Shown: positions 20,947 to 31,572 of the stretch, piece after piece
How the letters are laid out: the number at the start of each line of letters is the position of its first letter
Position numbering within the stretch: position 1 is the stretch's first letter
DNA from: an uncultured Actinomycetes bacterium
GTDB taxonomy: Bacteria > Actinomycetota > UBA4738 > HRBIN12
DNA length: 64,000 nt
Assembly (NCBI GenBank): GCA_963775735.1
Contig: CAVZKD010000007.1
Coordinates: 1,394,889 to 1,458,888 of the forward strand
Direction: 5' to 3'
Program-made: the position numbers and the translations under genes
Notes under the pieces: generated by a model
Database searches by the model: none
What the model saw: the letters and a program-made list of their open reading frames with translations, nothing else
Told to the model about the DNA's origin: nothing

Positions 20947-21688
20947 GCTCGCCGTCCTTCGGCATCTCGCAGCGCCAGACCTGCAGCCGCCACAGGAGAC
21001 GGCTCCCCTTGGCCCGGAGGTCGACGATCCCCTCCTTCATCATCTGCGCGACCGCCTTGGACTTCGCCACCACGTCCGGCAGCGGGAACTCGCGCGACAG
21101 CAGCGACTGGAGGTTCGCCGAACCGAAGATCCGTCGAGCCACGTCGAGGATCGTCGTCTCCGCCTGGATCGTCCCGGTCGGAAGGTAGAGGCGCCCGCCC
21201 GGGGCGAGGCAGTCGTTCTCGCGGATGCTCTCGAGCATGGCCGCGGGCAGTTCCGCACCCGTCGGGCCGCCGGCCTGTCCGTCCGGGAACCAGCCGGCCA
21301 GCCGGCCGATCTCGTCGGGGATGCCGGAGACGTCCCCGATGATGACGTCGGCCTGCTCCTCACGGACGGGATCGAGGAGGTTCCCGCTCCGGAACTCCAC
21401 ACGATCCTGCAGGCCGAGGCGGACCGCGTTCTCCCTCGCGACCTCGATGGCGTCGTCCGAGAGGTCGGTCCCGATCACCCGTCGTGCGCCCAGCCGAGCG
21501 GCCACGAACGAGAGGACCCCGCTCCCGCAGCCGACGTCGATCACCGTGTCTCCGGGCTCGATCTCGAGCGCCTCGGCGATCGTGCGGCTCGTATGGGTCG
21601 GGTGGAACACCCCCTTCCCGAGCGAGACCGTGAACGGACCGGTCCGGCCCTTCCACTGCAGGATGTTCTCGCCGGCGGTCTCAGGCAT
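20930..21688 (-). CDS. class I SAM-dependent methyltransferase (HemK/PrmA-like)
   Basis: GVFHP, VIDVGCGSG, GTDLS, GNLLDP. Confidence 0.8.
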   Translation of the reverse strand: MPETAGENILQWKGRTGPFTVSLGKGVFHPTHTSRTIAEALEIEPGDTVIDVGCGSGVLSFVAARLGARRVIGTDLSDDAIEVARENAVRLGLQDRVEFRSGNLLDPVREEQADVIIGDVSGIPDEIGRLAGWFPDGQAGGPTGAELPAAMLESIRENDCLAPGGRLYLPTGTIQAETTILDVARRIFGSANLQSLLSREFPLPDVVAKSKAVAQMMKEGIVDLRAKGSRLLWRLQVWRCEMPKDGELTPVV

Positions 21689-21773
21689 GGGGATATCGTG
21701 CCTGGTGGCGGGCTCGACAGTCAACCATCCGAGCCTCCGTGACCGCCGGTTCGTGCCTGCGGACGTCGCAGGT

Positions 21774-22265
21774 TCAGACGACCGGCGCCTCGAACACGGC
21801 ATCCTCGCCGGGAACGACGTCGCCGCGTTCGACCGCGCTCGCGAGCGCCTCGGCGGCGTCGGCCACCCTCGCCGTGTCGATCGAGCGGTGGCCGGGGGGA
21901 TACGCACGGACCCGTCCGGCTCCTCGCCGGAGCAGCCGGACGGCACCGTGGGCGTTCCCCCGCATGAGGTGCACGTACCCGGCCCCGAGCTGGGACAGGC
22001 CCTTGAAGAACTCGGCATCCTCGGTGTCCCGAGCCTGCTTCCACGCGGTCTCCCACGCCTCGTGGGCCCCGAAGTACCGGCCGGCGTTCAGGTGCGCTCT
22101 CCCCAGGCGGTCGTTCTCCTCGAGCGTGAAGGTGTCGAACGGCTCCAGCACCAAGCGGTTCTCGGCGTCCCACGGCTGTGGTCGCCCGAGGTGATCCCTC
22201 GGACGCTCCCGCTTGTTCCGCGCCTCGGTCGGACGACCCGACTTGCCGCGGGCTTCCTCGCGCAT
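21774..22265 (-). CDS. DUF309 domain protein
   Basis: YFGAHEAWETAW, FKGLSQL; TACGAT 7 nt upstream favours ATG 22265. Confidence 0.8.
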   Translation of the reverse strand: MREEARGKSGRPTEARNKRERPRDHLGRPQPWDAENRLVLEPFDTFTLEENDRLGRAHLNAGRYFGAHEAWETAWKQARDTEDAEFFKGLSQLGAGYVHLMRGNAHGAVRLLRRGAGRVRAYPPGHRSIDTARVADAAEALASAVERGDVVPGEDAVFEAPVV

Positions 22266-22431
22266 GCGAACCATCGTACGGTCCGTCGGCGATGCTGGCG
22301 GTGCCGCAGCGCGGTGGCTACCCTGACCGCGTGGACCAACCCCCCGTCGCTCCGGACGAACCCGTCACCGCTCGAACGCGCCGGCACGAGGCGCCGAGCC
22401 GGTCGGCCCAACGGAGCGCGATCCGAGCCGC

Positions 22432-23577
22432 ATGCCGGCGTGGATCCCGCGCCTGCTCATCACGATCGTCGTGACGGTCTTCGTCGCGTACGCGCTCTTC
22501 AACGTGATCCGTCGTGTCCAGAACATCCTGCTGTGGCTGATCGCGGCCCTGTTCCTCTCCTTCGCGCTCGAGCCGGCCGTGAACTGGCTCGTCAAACACG
22601 GCTGGCGCCGGGGCCTGGCGGCGGCGACCGTGTTGTTCGGGCTGGCGCTCATCGGCCTGCTGATGCTGGCGCTCATGGTGCCGCTCGTGATCGACCAGGT
22701 GCAGGAGTTGGTGGACCAGGTGCCCGAGTTCCTCGACGAGGCGAGCGTCTACACGGAACGGTGGTTCGATACGAAGCTCACCAGCGAGGCGATCCTGCAG
22801 GACATCGCGAGCGCCGAGGACGATATCCAGCAGATCGCGGCGAACCTGGCGTCGGTCGGCGCGTTCGTCCTCGGGCTGATCTTCCAGGTGCTGACGATCG
22901 GTCTGTTCACGTTCTACCTGGTAGCCGACGGCCCGCGGTTCCGTCGCGCCGTGTGCTCCCTCCTGCCACCGAACCGGCAACGCGAGGTGCTGAACGCGTG
23001 GGACATCGCCATCGACAAGACCGGCGGCTACCTGTACTCGCGCCTATTGCTCGCGGTGATCAACGCCACCATCTCCTACATCGTCCTGCAGGTGCTCGGC
23101 GTGCCGTTCGCGCTACCGCTCGCCCTCTGGCAGGGATTCGTCTCGCAGTTCATCCCGGTCGTCGGGACCTACATCGCGGCTGCGGTGCCGCTCCTGGTGG
23201 CCCTGCTCGACGACCCGTGGTCGGCGTTGTTCTTCCTGATCTTCGTCGTCGTGTACCAACAGATCGAGAACTACCTCCTCGCGCCCCGCATCACGGCGAA
23301 GACGATGCAGCTGCATCCGGCGGTCGCCTTCGGTGCCGCGCTCGCTGGCGGAGCGGTGAGCGGGCTGATCGGCGCCTTCATGGCGCTCCCGGCAGCGGCG
23401 GTCATCCAGGCGACGGTCTCCACCTACCTGAAACGGCATGAGGTGGTCGAGACCGAGCTCACGAAGGAGGATGAACCGCCGCTGGACGAGGAGGCCAAGG
23501 ACGCCGTCCGGGAGGGAGAGGGCCTCATGGGCCGCCTGACGTCCAAGGTGCGCCGTCGAACCGAACCTGCCGGTTAG
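22432..23577 (+). CDS. AI-2E/PerM family transporter
   Basis: Multi-TM; ALEPAV, FIPVVG, YQQIENY.LAP; true start may be GTG 22331 with a frameshift. Confidence 0.88.
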   Translation: MPAWIPRLLITIVVTVFVAYALFNVIRRVQNILLWLIAALFLSFALEPAVNWLVKHGWRRGLAAATVLFGLALIGLLMLALMVPLVIDQVQELVDQVPEFLDEASVYTERWFDTKLTSEAILQDIASAEDDIQQIAANLASVGAFVLGLIFQVLTIGLFTFYLVADGPRFRRAVCSLLPPNRQREVLNAWDIAIDKTGGYLYSRLLLAVINATISYIVLQVLGVPFALPLALWQGFVSQFIPVVGTYIAAAVPLLVALLDDPWSALFFLIFVVVYQQIENYLLAPRITAKTMQLHPAVAFGAALAGGAVSGLIGAFMALPAAAVIQATVSTYLKRHEVVETELTKEDEPPLDEEAKDAVREGEGLMGRLTSKVRRRTEPAG

Positions 23578-24257
23578 CTCTCATCTCGATTCCGCCTGCG
23601 CACGCGTGTGACCGCGACCGCGACCACCGTCACGAGGTAGAGCTGGCCGATGAGCGCCTCGGTGGCCGCGAGCATCCGAGGGAGCGGCTCCACCGGCGTG
23701 AGGTCGCCGTACCCGACGGTCGTCATCGTGATGTAGCTGAAGTACAGGAAGTCGACGCGCGTCGGCGAATCGGTCTGGGCGAAGAACGACGCATCGGTCC
23801 TGACATCGAGCGTCGCGTAGAGCGCCGCGAAGAGGATCCCGAACAACAGATAGATCGAGATGAAGCCCAGCACCGACTGGACCGTCACCTCGGGGTGGGT
23901 CACGAGACGCCTGCCGATCACGACGATGGTCACGAGCGGAAGCGCGGTCATGATCACCCCCGCCAGCACCTCCGCGGCATCCGAATCCGAGATGTGACCG
24001 ATGGCCCCGATCAGCACCGTGCTCGGCACGAGGACCAACGCCGCGCGGAACGTCCGGCGTGACGCCTTCGCGGTGTGCAGCGCGAACAGGACGACGGCGC
24101 CCTGGAGCACCACCGACGCGACCCTCGCCACGGTCCCCGAACCGGCCGTGAGGATCACCGAGATCGCGATCATCAGGAGCAGGAACGCGTAGCGGTCCGG
24201 TTCCCCCCGGCGCGCCTCGACACGCCCGCCGAGCCTCCGCGCCCCGCCCGTCTTCAC
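23574..24257 (-). CDS. potassium channel family protein (Ion_trans_2)
   Basis: YFSYITMTTVGYGD filter; EALIGQLY. Confidence 0.85.
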   Translation of the reverse strand: MKTGGARRLGGRVEARRGEPDRYAFLLLMIAISVILTAGSGTVARVASVVLQGAVVLFALHTAKASRRTFRAALVLVPSTVLIGAIGHISDSDAAEVLAGVIMTALPLVTIVVIGRRLVTHPEVTVQSVLGFISIYLLFGILFAALYATLDVRTDASFFAQTDSPTRVDFLYFSYITMTTVGYGDLTPVEPLPRMLAATEALIGQLYLVTVVAVAVTRVRRRNRDES

Positions 24258-24495
24258 CGGCGAACCGTACTACGCGCGCTGCGAGCATCCCGGCAGCGCG
24301 CACCCGGGCGCGCCGGCTGCCGCCATCACTATCATCCGAGCGCGACACCCGTGAGGAGCACTGGATGAACGGCGTCATCAGCTCGAGGGGGGTCGATGGC
24401 TAGCAGCCGGCGGATCCGCGCCCTCGCCCGGCCTCTCGGAGAGCGACCGCGTCACGAAGTCGCGGGTCGATCTCCTGTCGGCGTTCGCGCGCCGG

Positions 24496-25239
24496 ATGCG
24501 GGGGCGGCAGTGGCGGATCGTTCCGCACCCGGGCCCGATCGGCGCGTCCGAGCCTCGGGCGGGCGGGAAGTCGGGCGCGCTCCGCGCCGCGATCTTCGGC
24601 CTGAACGACGGGCTCGTCTCGAACCTCTCCCTGATCTTCGGGGTCGCGGGCGCCGGGGTGGACAACGAGGTCGTGGTCATCGCCGGTCTCGCCGGGCTCG
24701 TCGCCGGCGCGTTCTCGATGTCCTCGGGCGAATACATCTCGGTGCGCGTTCAGCGCGAGGTGTTCGAGCGGTTGATCCACCTCGAGGCGCACGAGATCGG
24801 CTCGGAGCCGGAGGTCGAGCGCGCCGAGCTCGCGGAGCTCTACGTCCGCAAGGGCTTGCCGCGCGACCTGGCGGAACGGCTCTCGACCGAGCTCATGAAG
24901 GACCCCGAGATGGCCCTCGACACGCACGCCCGCGAGGAGCTCGGCCTGGACCCGAAGGAGGGTCTCGGCTCGCCGGTCGCGGCCGCGAGCTCGTCGTTCG
25001 TGATGTTCGCGATCGGGGCGTTCGTGCCGCTCCTCCCGTTCCTCGTGTCATCGGGGAGCCAGGCGGTCGTGGCCTCCGCCTTGATCTCCGGCCTCGCGCT
25101 GTTCGGCGTCGGCGCGGCGATCTCGTACCTGACCGGTCGCCCGTGGCTGCTGTCGGGCATGCGGATGCTCGCGATCGGCGCCGCGTCCGCCGGGATCACG
25201 TACCTGGTCGGCACCCTGCTCGGCGTCAGCGTGCTCTAG
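24496..25239 (+). CDS. VIT1/CCC1 iron/manganese transporter
   Basis: RAAIFGLNDGLVSN, GAFSMSSGEYISV, HAREELG; start uncertain. Confidence 0.88.
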   Translation: MRGRQWRIVPHPGPIGASEPRAGGKSGALRAAIFGLNDGLVSNLSLIFGVAGAGVDNEVVVIAGLAGLVAGAFSMSSGEYISVRVQREVFERLIHLEAHEIGSEPEVERAELAELYVRKGLPRDLAERLSTELMKDPEMALDTHAREELGLDPKEGLGSPVAAASSSFVMFAIGAFVPLLPFLVSSGSQAVVASALISGLALFGVGAAISYLTGRPWLLSGMRMLAIGAASAGITYLVGTLLGVSVL

Positions 25240-25916
25240 GTGCGCGTCCGCGCCGACGGCCCGGCAGCCGCCTCGTCGGCCACGATGAGCTGACGGGGCG
25301 CCTCCACCCGCCCGGCCGGGATCGTGGCGTCCGCTTCGAGCAGACGGGGCACCATCGCCGCCTTGTCGGCGCCCGCGATCAACCACACGACGAAGCGGGC
25401 ACGCGCCAACGCCGGGTACGTGAGCGTCATCCGTCTGCGGCCGCGGTACTCGCCCGTGACCGCCACGTCGCGATCGCGGACATCCAGGACGGGGTCCGCC
25501 GGCACGAGCGACGCGGTGTGTCCGTCGTCCCCCATGCCCAGGTGCACCAGATCGAACGCCCCCGGCAGCGAGGCCGCGTACCCCGCGGCGGCCGCGTCGA
25601 GGTCGGCCTCGGTGACGGGCATCGGGTGGAGCCCGGCATCGGCCGGCAGGATCGGCGCGAGGCTCGTGAGGTTCCGATCGGGGTCCCCGTCGGGAGCGAC
25701 CCGCTCGTCCACCTGCCAGATCCCGACCCGGTTCCACGGAAGATCCGCTCCCGCGAGGATCTCGAACATCGTCCACGGCGTCCGCCCGCCGCTCACCGCG
25801 AACGTGAACCGCCCGCGCTCGGCGACGGCCTCCTCGATCGACGCGGACACGATCTCGGCGCCGCGCCGGGCGATCGCATCCTCGTCCCGCAACACCTCCA
25901 GCGTCCGGGCGCTCAC
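25236..25916 (-). CDS. pgl: 6-phosphogluconolactonase
   Basis: AVSGGRTP, VDERV, LGMGDDGHTASL, RMTLT. Confidence 0.88.
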   Translation of the reverse strand: MSARTLEVLRDEDAIARRGAEIVSASIEEAVAERGRFTFAVSGGRTPWTMFEILAGADLPWNRVGIWQVDERVAPDGDPDRNLTSLAPILPADAGLHPMPVTEADLDAAAAGYAASLPGAFDLVHLGMGDDGHTASLVPADPVLDVRDRDVAVTGEYRGRRRMTLTYPALARARFVVWLIAGADKAAMVPRLLEADATIPAGRVEAPRQLIVADEAAAGPSARTRT

Positions 25917-26410
25917 GACTCCTCCAGTCCTTCCCCGCCGCCGGTCAGGTACTCGAGCGAGTCGCGGAGCGCCTCGTAGCGCCGCTCGCCGAGCTCTCGG
26001 CGGGCACGAGCTTCGACCGCGGCCACGGAACGTCGGGCCTCGGCGACGAATCGCCGTCCGCGAGCGGTGAGGCGAACCACCTTGGCGCGCGAGTCGTCGG
26101 CGTCCGGGACACGTCGGACGTACCCGCGGTTCTCCAGGTCGTCGACCAGCAGCATCATCCCCTGCTTCGTCATCCGCGCCCGCTTCGCCAGATCGGTGAG
26201 GCGGGTCCCCCACCGACGGTCGATGTGCATGAAGAGCGCCGCGTGACCCGGACGTGCGTCGGGGAACCCTCGCTCCTCGAGTCCGGCGATCACCTCGGCG
26301 CCGAGGCTCCGCGACGCCTCGAGGAGCAACCGCGCCAGGTCCGGCTCCCCCACGACCACATCGTGACCCACCGGACCGGATCCGTCAATCACATTGACCG
26401 TTGCGTGCAC
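25913..26410 (-). CDS. MarR family transcriptional regulator
   Basis: wHTH with DLAKRARMTKQG, DDSRAKVVRLT; start uncertain. Confidence 0.85.
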   Translation of the reverse strand: MHATVNVIDGSGPVGHDVVVGEPDLARLLLEASRSLGAEVIAGLEERGFPDARPGHAALFMHIDRRWGTRLTDLAKRARMTKQGMMLLVDDLENRGYVRRVPDADDSRAKVVRLTARGRRFVAEARRSVAAVEARARRELGERRYEALRDSLEYLTGGGEGLEES

Positions 26411-26424
26411 GCTAGCCTACGACG

Positions 26425-26930
26425 ATGGGGATCGAGGTCCGCCCGGTGCGTCCGCAGGAGTACGAGGAAGCGGGCCGTGTGACGGCGCTCGCGTACCGCG
26501 AGTTCGCGAACGGCGAGGATTGGGACCGCTACCTCGAGCGGATCGCGGACGTCGGACGTCGAGCCCGGGTCGCGCTCGTGCTCGTCGCGGTCGACGGGGA
26601 GCGGGTCCTCGGGAGCGCGACCCTCGAGCTCGGCGACCGGATCGAAGACGACGACCCACCGCTGGAGGACGACGAGGCGCACATCCGGATGCTCGGCGTG
26701 CACCCAAACGCGCGGGGCGGAGGTGTCGCTCGCGCTCTGATCGAGGCGTGCTTCACCCAGGCGGCCGCGGTCGGCCGGACCCGGATGACGCTGCACACGA
26801 CCCAGCGGATGCAGGCCGCTCAGGCGATGTACGAGGCATGGGGTTCGAACGCCTGCCCGACCACGTGTTCCCCGACGGGTTCGTGCTGTTGAACTACGAG
26901 AAGCCGATCCCCCCGGCTTCGCCTGGCTAG
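26425..26930 (+). CDS. GNAT N-acetyltransferase (frameshift about 26838)
   Basis: RMLGVHPNARGGGVARAL; expected C-terminus MGFER lies in another frame. Confidence 0.82.
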
Positions 26931-28900
26931 CCGCTCCCGGTCCGGACCACCTCGCCGGTCGACATGATCACGCCGTCCTCGGTGACGGCCTCGACGAGCC
27001 CGCCCCGGAACTGCTGCTCGTACAGGCGCGCGTACAGCCCGCCGCGCTCCAACAGCTCCCCGTGCGTCCCGCGCTCCACGATCCGGCCTCGATCGACCAC
27101 GAAGATCACGTCGGCCGACAGGATCGTCGAGAGGCGATGCGCGATCGCGATCGTGGTTCGGCCCCGCATGAGCGGGACGAGGGCCGACTGCACCAGCCGC
27201 TCCGACGTGGTGTCGAGGGAGGAGGTGGCCTCGTCGAGGATCAGGATCCTCGGGTCCTTCAAGATGACCCGGGCGATCGCCAGGCGCTGTTTCTCGCCCC
27301 CCGAGAGCTTGTAGCCCCGCTCCCCGACGACTGTGTCGTATCCCTCGGGCAGCTCGACGATCCGCTGGTGGATGTTCGCGGCTCGGGCCGCCGCCTCCAG
27401 GTCTTCGTGCGACGCCTCGGGCCTGCCGTACAGGAGGTTCCTTCGGATCGTCGTGTGGAACAGGTACGTCTCCTGGGTCACGACGCCGATGGCGTCGCCG
27501 AGCGTCGCGAGCGTGAGCGACCGGACGTCGACGTCGTCGAGCCGAACCGCTCCGTGCTGCACGTCGTACAGGCGGGGCACCAGGTAGGTGATCGTCGTCT
27601 TGCCGGCGCCCGAAGGCCCGACGAGCGCTGCGAGCTGCCCCGGCTCGATCGAGAACGATACCTCCTCGAGCGTCCATGCCCGGGGTGCGGCGTTCGCGCC
27701 GAGCAGATCGCCGGGCGACACCGGCGTCGATCGATCTGGGTCCGGGCCGTCGTAGCGGAAGGACACGTGGTCGAGCTCCACCCGCCCGCGGAACCGGTCC
27801 ACCGGGATCGCGACGGCGTCCGGGGCATCGGTGATCTCGTGATCCATGTCGAGGTACTCGAAGATGCGGTCGAACAGGGCCATCGACGAGTGGATCTCGG
27901 TGGAGACCTGCAGCATCGACCCGATCGGGAAGAACAGCCGAGACTGCAGGGTCGTGAACGCCACGATCGTTCCGGCTGTGATGCCGGAGGCCGCACCGTC
28001 ATCCGACAGCACCCAGGCGGCCACGAGGTACACGAGCGCCGGCGTGATCGAGAAGAACGTGCCGACGACCGCGAAGAACGAGCGCCCGATCATCGTCTGC
28101 CTCATCTGGAGCCCGGTGAGTCGCTCGTTCTCGCCCTGGAACCGGTCGATCTCGTGCCGCTGCCGCCCGAACGACTTCGACAGGAGGACCCCAGAGACGG
28201 ACAGCGTCTCCTCGGTCACGGAAGTTAGGTCGGCCATCGTCTTGGCCGTGTTCGTCGCGACCTCGCGCCTGGCCCGGCCGACCTTGACCGTGAGCCAGAC
28301 GAAGAACGGCAGCATGAACAGGGACAGCACCGTGAGCTGCCACGACAGGAGCAGCATCGCGATGAGCGTGCTCACGATCACGACGATGTTCGCGAGGATG
28401 TTCGACATCGTGTCCGTCACCACGGCCTGCACGCCGCCGACGTCGTTCGCGAGGCGAGACTGGATCTCGCCGGTTCGAGTGGTGGTGAAGAACCGCAGCG
28501 GCATGAACTGCAGGTGCGAGTACAGCGAGTTCCGCAGGTCCTGCATGACCCGCAGGCCGACCCAGTTGGCCAGGTACGTCTGTCCGATCCCGATCACGCC
28601 GGTCACGATCGGGATCGCCACCATGAGCGCGACGCCGACGTAGACGACGTGGAGCTGCGGACAGGCACCCCCGTCGCACGACGGGGGCGGGTTCCCGAAC
28701 AGCCCCTTGTCGAAGATCCACTTGATCAGCAGCGGGTTCACGACGCCGAGCCCCGATGTGATGACGATCGCGAGCCCCACCAGGCTGACCTTGCCCCGGT
28801 ACGGACGGAACGTCGAGACGACGCGCCGCACCGTGGCCGCCCGGATCGGGCGGTCCTCGTCCTCGGGGGGGACGCGCATGAAGCGACGGTGCATGCCCAT
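26927..28900 (-). CDS. ABC exporter, fused permease/ATPase
   Basis: TMD plus GPSGAGKT, LSGGEKQR, LILDEATS. Confidence 0.9.
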   Translation of the reverse strand: MGMHRRFMRVPPEDEDRPIRAATVRRVVSTFRPYRGKVSLVGLAIVITSGLGVVNPLLIKWIFDKGLFGNPPPSCDGGACPQLHVVYVGVALMVAIPIVTGVIGIGQTYLANWVGLRVMQDLRNSLYSHLQFMPLRFFTTTRTGEIQSRLANDVGGVQAVVTDTMSNILANIVVIVSTLIAMLLLSWQLTVLSLFMLPFFVWLTVKVGRARREVATNTAKTMADLTSVTEETLSVSGVLLSKSFGRQRHEIDRFQGENERLTGLQMRQTMIGRSFFAVVGTFFSITPALVYLVAAWVLSDDGAASGITAGTIVAFTTLQSRLFFPIGSMLQVSTEIHSSMALFDRIFEYLDMDHEITDAPDAVAIPVDRFRGRVELDHVSFRYDGPDPDRSTPVSPGDLLGANAAPRAWTLEEVSFSIEPGQLAALVGPSGAGKTTITYLVPRLYDVQHGAVRLDDVDVRSLTLATLGDAIGVVTQETYLFHTTIRRNLLYGRPEASHEDLEAAARAANIHQRIVELPEGYDTVVGERGYKLSGGEKQRLAIARVILKDPRILILDEATSSLDTTSERLVQSALVPLMRGRTTIAIAHRLSTILSADVIFVVDRGRIVERGTHGELLERGGLYARLYEQQFRGGLVEAVTEDGVIMSTGEVVRTGSG

Positions 28901-29029
28901 GTCATCAGGATACGGCCGGCCTGCGACGAGGTATCCCCACCGTCGGACCAGGGGCTCGCCTTGCGATGTGGACCGCTTCACGATCGCGGGCGAGGCGGGG
29001 GACGAACGCTCGCCGCCCCCGAGGAGTGA

Positions 29030-29704
29030 TCAGCCCGCGAGCCGGATCGCGCTGCGGACGACCTCGTCGAACATCGAGGCTGTGAGCGTTCCCGTGAACG
29101 TGTTCTGCTGGCTCGGGTGGTAGCTCCCGAGCAGCCGGAACGGGCCCACGCCGACCTCGGCTGCGTGGTCGAAGCGCGGTCGTGGCCGGACCCGATGGTC
29201 GAGCGCGGCGAACGCGCGGAGCGCCCCGTCCCATGCGTAGGCTCCGAGCGCGAGCACCACCCGGAGACGCTCGAGCGCCTCGATCTCTCGGACGAGGTAC
29301 GGCAGACAGGAGTCCCGCTCCACGGGCGTGGGCTTGTTGCCCGGCGGCGCACACCGGTTGACCGCCGAGACGTAGAGGCCGCGCAACCGGAGGCCGTCGT
29401 CGCGCGACATGGAGGTGGGCCGGTTCGCGAGGCCGGCGCGATGCAGCGAGGCGAACAGGAAGTCGCCCGATCGGTCCCCGGTGAAGATCCGTCCCGTGCG
29501 GTTCCCGCCGTGCGCGGCCGGCGCGAGACCGAGGATGAGGATCCTCGCCCTCGGATCGCCGAAGGCGGGCACCGGCCGGCCCCAGTACTCCTGCTCGGCG
29601 AAGCGAGCGGTCTTCTCGCGCGCGACGCGTTCGCGCCATCGCACGAGGCGCGGACAGGCGCGGCACGCGACGACCTCTGCGGTGATCGCCTCGAGCTCGC
29701 TCAC
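29030..29704 (-). CDS. uracil-DNA glycosylase family 5 (UdgB-like, 4Fe-4S)
   Basis: CRACPRL, GLAPAAHGGNRTGR.FTGD, RCAPP.NKP, YHPSQQN. Confidence 0.9.
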   Translation of the reverse strand: MSELEAITAEVVACRACPRLVRWRERVAREKTARFAEQEYWGRPVPAFGDPRARILILGLAPAAHGGNRTGRIFTGDRSGDFLFASLHRAGLANRPTSMSRDDGLRLRGLYVSAVNRCAPPGNKPTPVERDSCLPYLVREIEALERLRVVLALGAYAWDGALRAFAALDHRVRPRPRFDHAAEVGVGPFRLLGSYHPSQQNTFTGTLTASMFDEVVRSAIRLAG

Positions 29705-30102
29705 AGGCGGAGCGAGCGGAAGCGCTCGACCGCGCTCCCGAAGGCGTCCAACGGCTCGAGCATGTGGCCGATCGACCCGATCAGACCCTCGAAGCCGACG
29801 GGCTCGACCCCCTGGATCCGGAAGCGCTCGGCGATCGCGAGCGACGCGTGGAGCCCGGCCGACGCCTCGAACCACTCCCGCTCGACCTCGGGTGCCCGCC
29901 ACCGGTCCATCGCCGACTCCGCGGCTCGGAGCCCGTCCTCGAACGCCAGCATCGCCTCCGCGAGGGGCCTGCCGGGCGCGCGCGACCCCGGGACCGCCTC
30001 GGTCAGTGCGGCCTTCGCGTGCTCGACCTCGGACAGGACGTCCTCGAACGCAGCGTGGCGCTCGGCCAGGGTCGCCGGCAGCCGTTTCCGTCGGAGGATC
30101 AC
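29701..30102 (-). CDS. hypothetical helical protein (about 133 aa)
   Basis: GTG 30102; tightly coupled to neighbours; GC3-rich codons. Confidence 0.6.
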   Translation of the reverse strand: MILRRKRLPATLAERHAAFEDVLSEVEHAKAALTEAVPGSRAPGRPLAEAMLAFEDGLRAAESAMDRWRAPEVEREWFEASAGLHASLAIAERFRIQGVEPVGFEGLIGSIGHMLEPLDAFGSAVERFRSLRL

Positions 30103-30106
30103 GCGC

Positions 30107-30886
30107 TCAGGCGACGCGGGAGGAGACCACGGCGAGCGCCATCGCCGGATCGTTCGACGCGACGGCGTCGAGCCCTCGGTCGAGCAGCATCCGCACCGTC
30201 GGCGCGTCGTCGATCGTCCACGTCCCGACGCGCACACCCACGTCGTGGACCTCGCGCGCGAACTCCTCCCCTGCGGGGATCAGCGCCCGCGATCCGGGCA
30301 TGACCATGTCGTGGCCCCGCTCGATCACGTGCGCCAGCGCCTCCCGCGGATCGACATGCTCGGTCGTGAGCAGACCGGTGGGGACCCGCGGCTCGAGGAC
30401 CTTCGACGCCGCGATCGACGCCGGGTTGAACGACACCACGAGCACCGGCCCCTCGAACCCGGACCGGTCGAGCTCCGCGTGTACGGCCTCCACGATGCGC
30501 TCGCGCGATCCGTCGAAGGCATCCTCGCCGGGGATGTTCTTGATCTCGAGCGCGACGCCGGCCCGGCCACTGAGGAGCTCGAGCACCTCTCGGAGCGTCG
30601 GCACGGCGGCCGGGAACTCGGATGTCCCCGCGTGCAGCGTTCGGATCTCGGCCGCCGTGAGCTCGTGCACCGCTCCCGAGCCGTCGGTCGTTCGATCGAC
30701 CTCCGGGTCGTGCATCACGACCGCGACGCCGTCGCGCGAGAGCCGGACGTCCAGCTCCACGACATCGGCTCCGAGCGCCACCGCGGCATCGAACGCGGCC
30801 AGCGTGTTCTCCGGGTGCGTCGAGGAGGCTCCTCGGTGGGCGACGATCACCGGGTACGCATCGTCGGGGAACCGATGCTCACGCAC
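30107..30886 (-). CDS. glycerophosphodiester phosphodiesterase
   Basis: AHRGAS, PENT, ELDV, HD..VDRTT, EIK, WTID. Confidence 0.9.
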   Translation of the reverse strand: MREHRFPDDAYPVIVAHRGASSTHPENTLAAFDAAVALGADVVELDVRLSRDGVAVVMHDPEVDRTTDGSGAVHELTAAEIRTLHAGTSEFPAAVPTLREVLELLSGRAGVALEIKNIPGEDAFDGSRERIVEAVHAELDRSGFEGPVLVVSFNPASIAASKVLEPRVPTGLLTTEHVDPREALAHVIERGHDMVMPGSRALIPAGEEFAREVHDVGVRVGTWTIDDAPTVRMLLDRGLDAVASNDPAMALAVVSSRVA

Positions 30887-30906
30887 GTCCGGACCCTACC
30901 AGCCGC

Positions 30907-31572
30907 TCAGACGAGACTGGATGGGCACAGATGGTTGACGGGGCACTCCTCGCATCTGGGTTTGCGGGCGAGGCAGATCGCCCGCCCGTGGTCGATCAGG
31001 ACGTACGTGAAGTCGAACCAGCGCTCCCTCGGGAGCAGGCGCATGAGGTCTTGCTCGATCTTGTCGGGGTCGGAGTGCTCGCTGAAGCCGAGCCGATTCG
31101 CCAGCCGCCGCACGTGTGTGTCGACCGCGATCCCCTGCACGATTCCGAACGCGTTGCCGAGCACGATGTTCGCGGTCTTCCGCGCGACGCCGGGGAGCGT
31201 GAGCAGGTCCTCCATCGTGTTCGGGACCTCGCCGCCGTAGACCTCGACGATCCGCCGGCACGCCTCGCGGATCCGGGACGCCTTCTGGTTGAAGAAGCCG
31301 GTCGGCTTGATGTCGGCCTTCAGCTCATCCTCGGGGACACGCAGGTAGTCCTCCGCGGTGCGGTACTTCTGGAACAGCGTGGCCGTGACCTCGTTCACCT
31401 TCTCGTCGGTGCATTGCGCCGACAGGATCGTCGCGACGAGCATCTCGAGCGGGGTCGAGGATCGGAGGGCGACCTTCGCGTCCGGGTTGGCCGCCGAGAG
31501 GATCCGGACGATCTCGGGGGCGCGCTGTTCGATCGGGGCGTCCCGGCCGACCGCCCGGGCCCCGGGGCTCAC
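30907..31572 (-). CDS. nth: endonuclease III
   Basis: LSAQCTD, HhH LPGVARKTAN, VDTHV, C-x6-C-x2-C-x5-C. Confidence 0.93.
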   Translation of the reverse strand: MSPGARAVGRDAPIEQRAPEIVRILSAANPDAKVALRSSTPLEMLVATILSAQCTDEKVNEVTATLFQKYRTAEDYLRVPEDELKADIKPTGFFNQKASRIREACRRIVEVYGGEVPNTMEDLLTLPGVARKTANIVLGNAFGIVQGIAVDTHVRRLANRLGFSEHSDPDKIEQDLMRLLPRERWFDFTYVLIDHGRAICLARKPRCEECPVNHLCPSSLV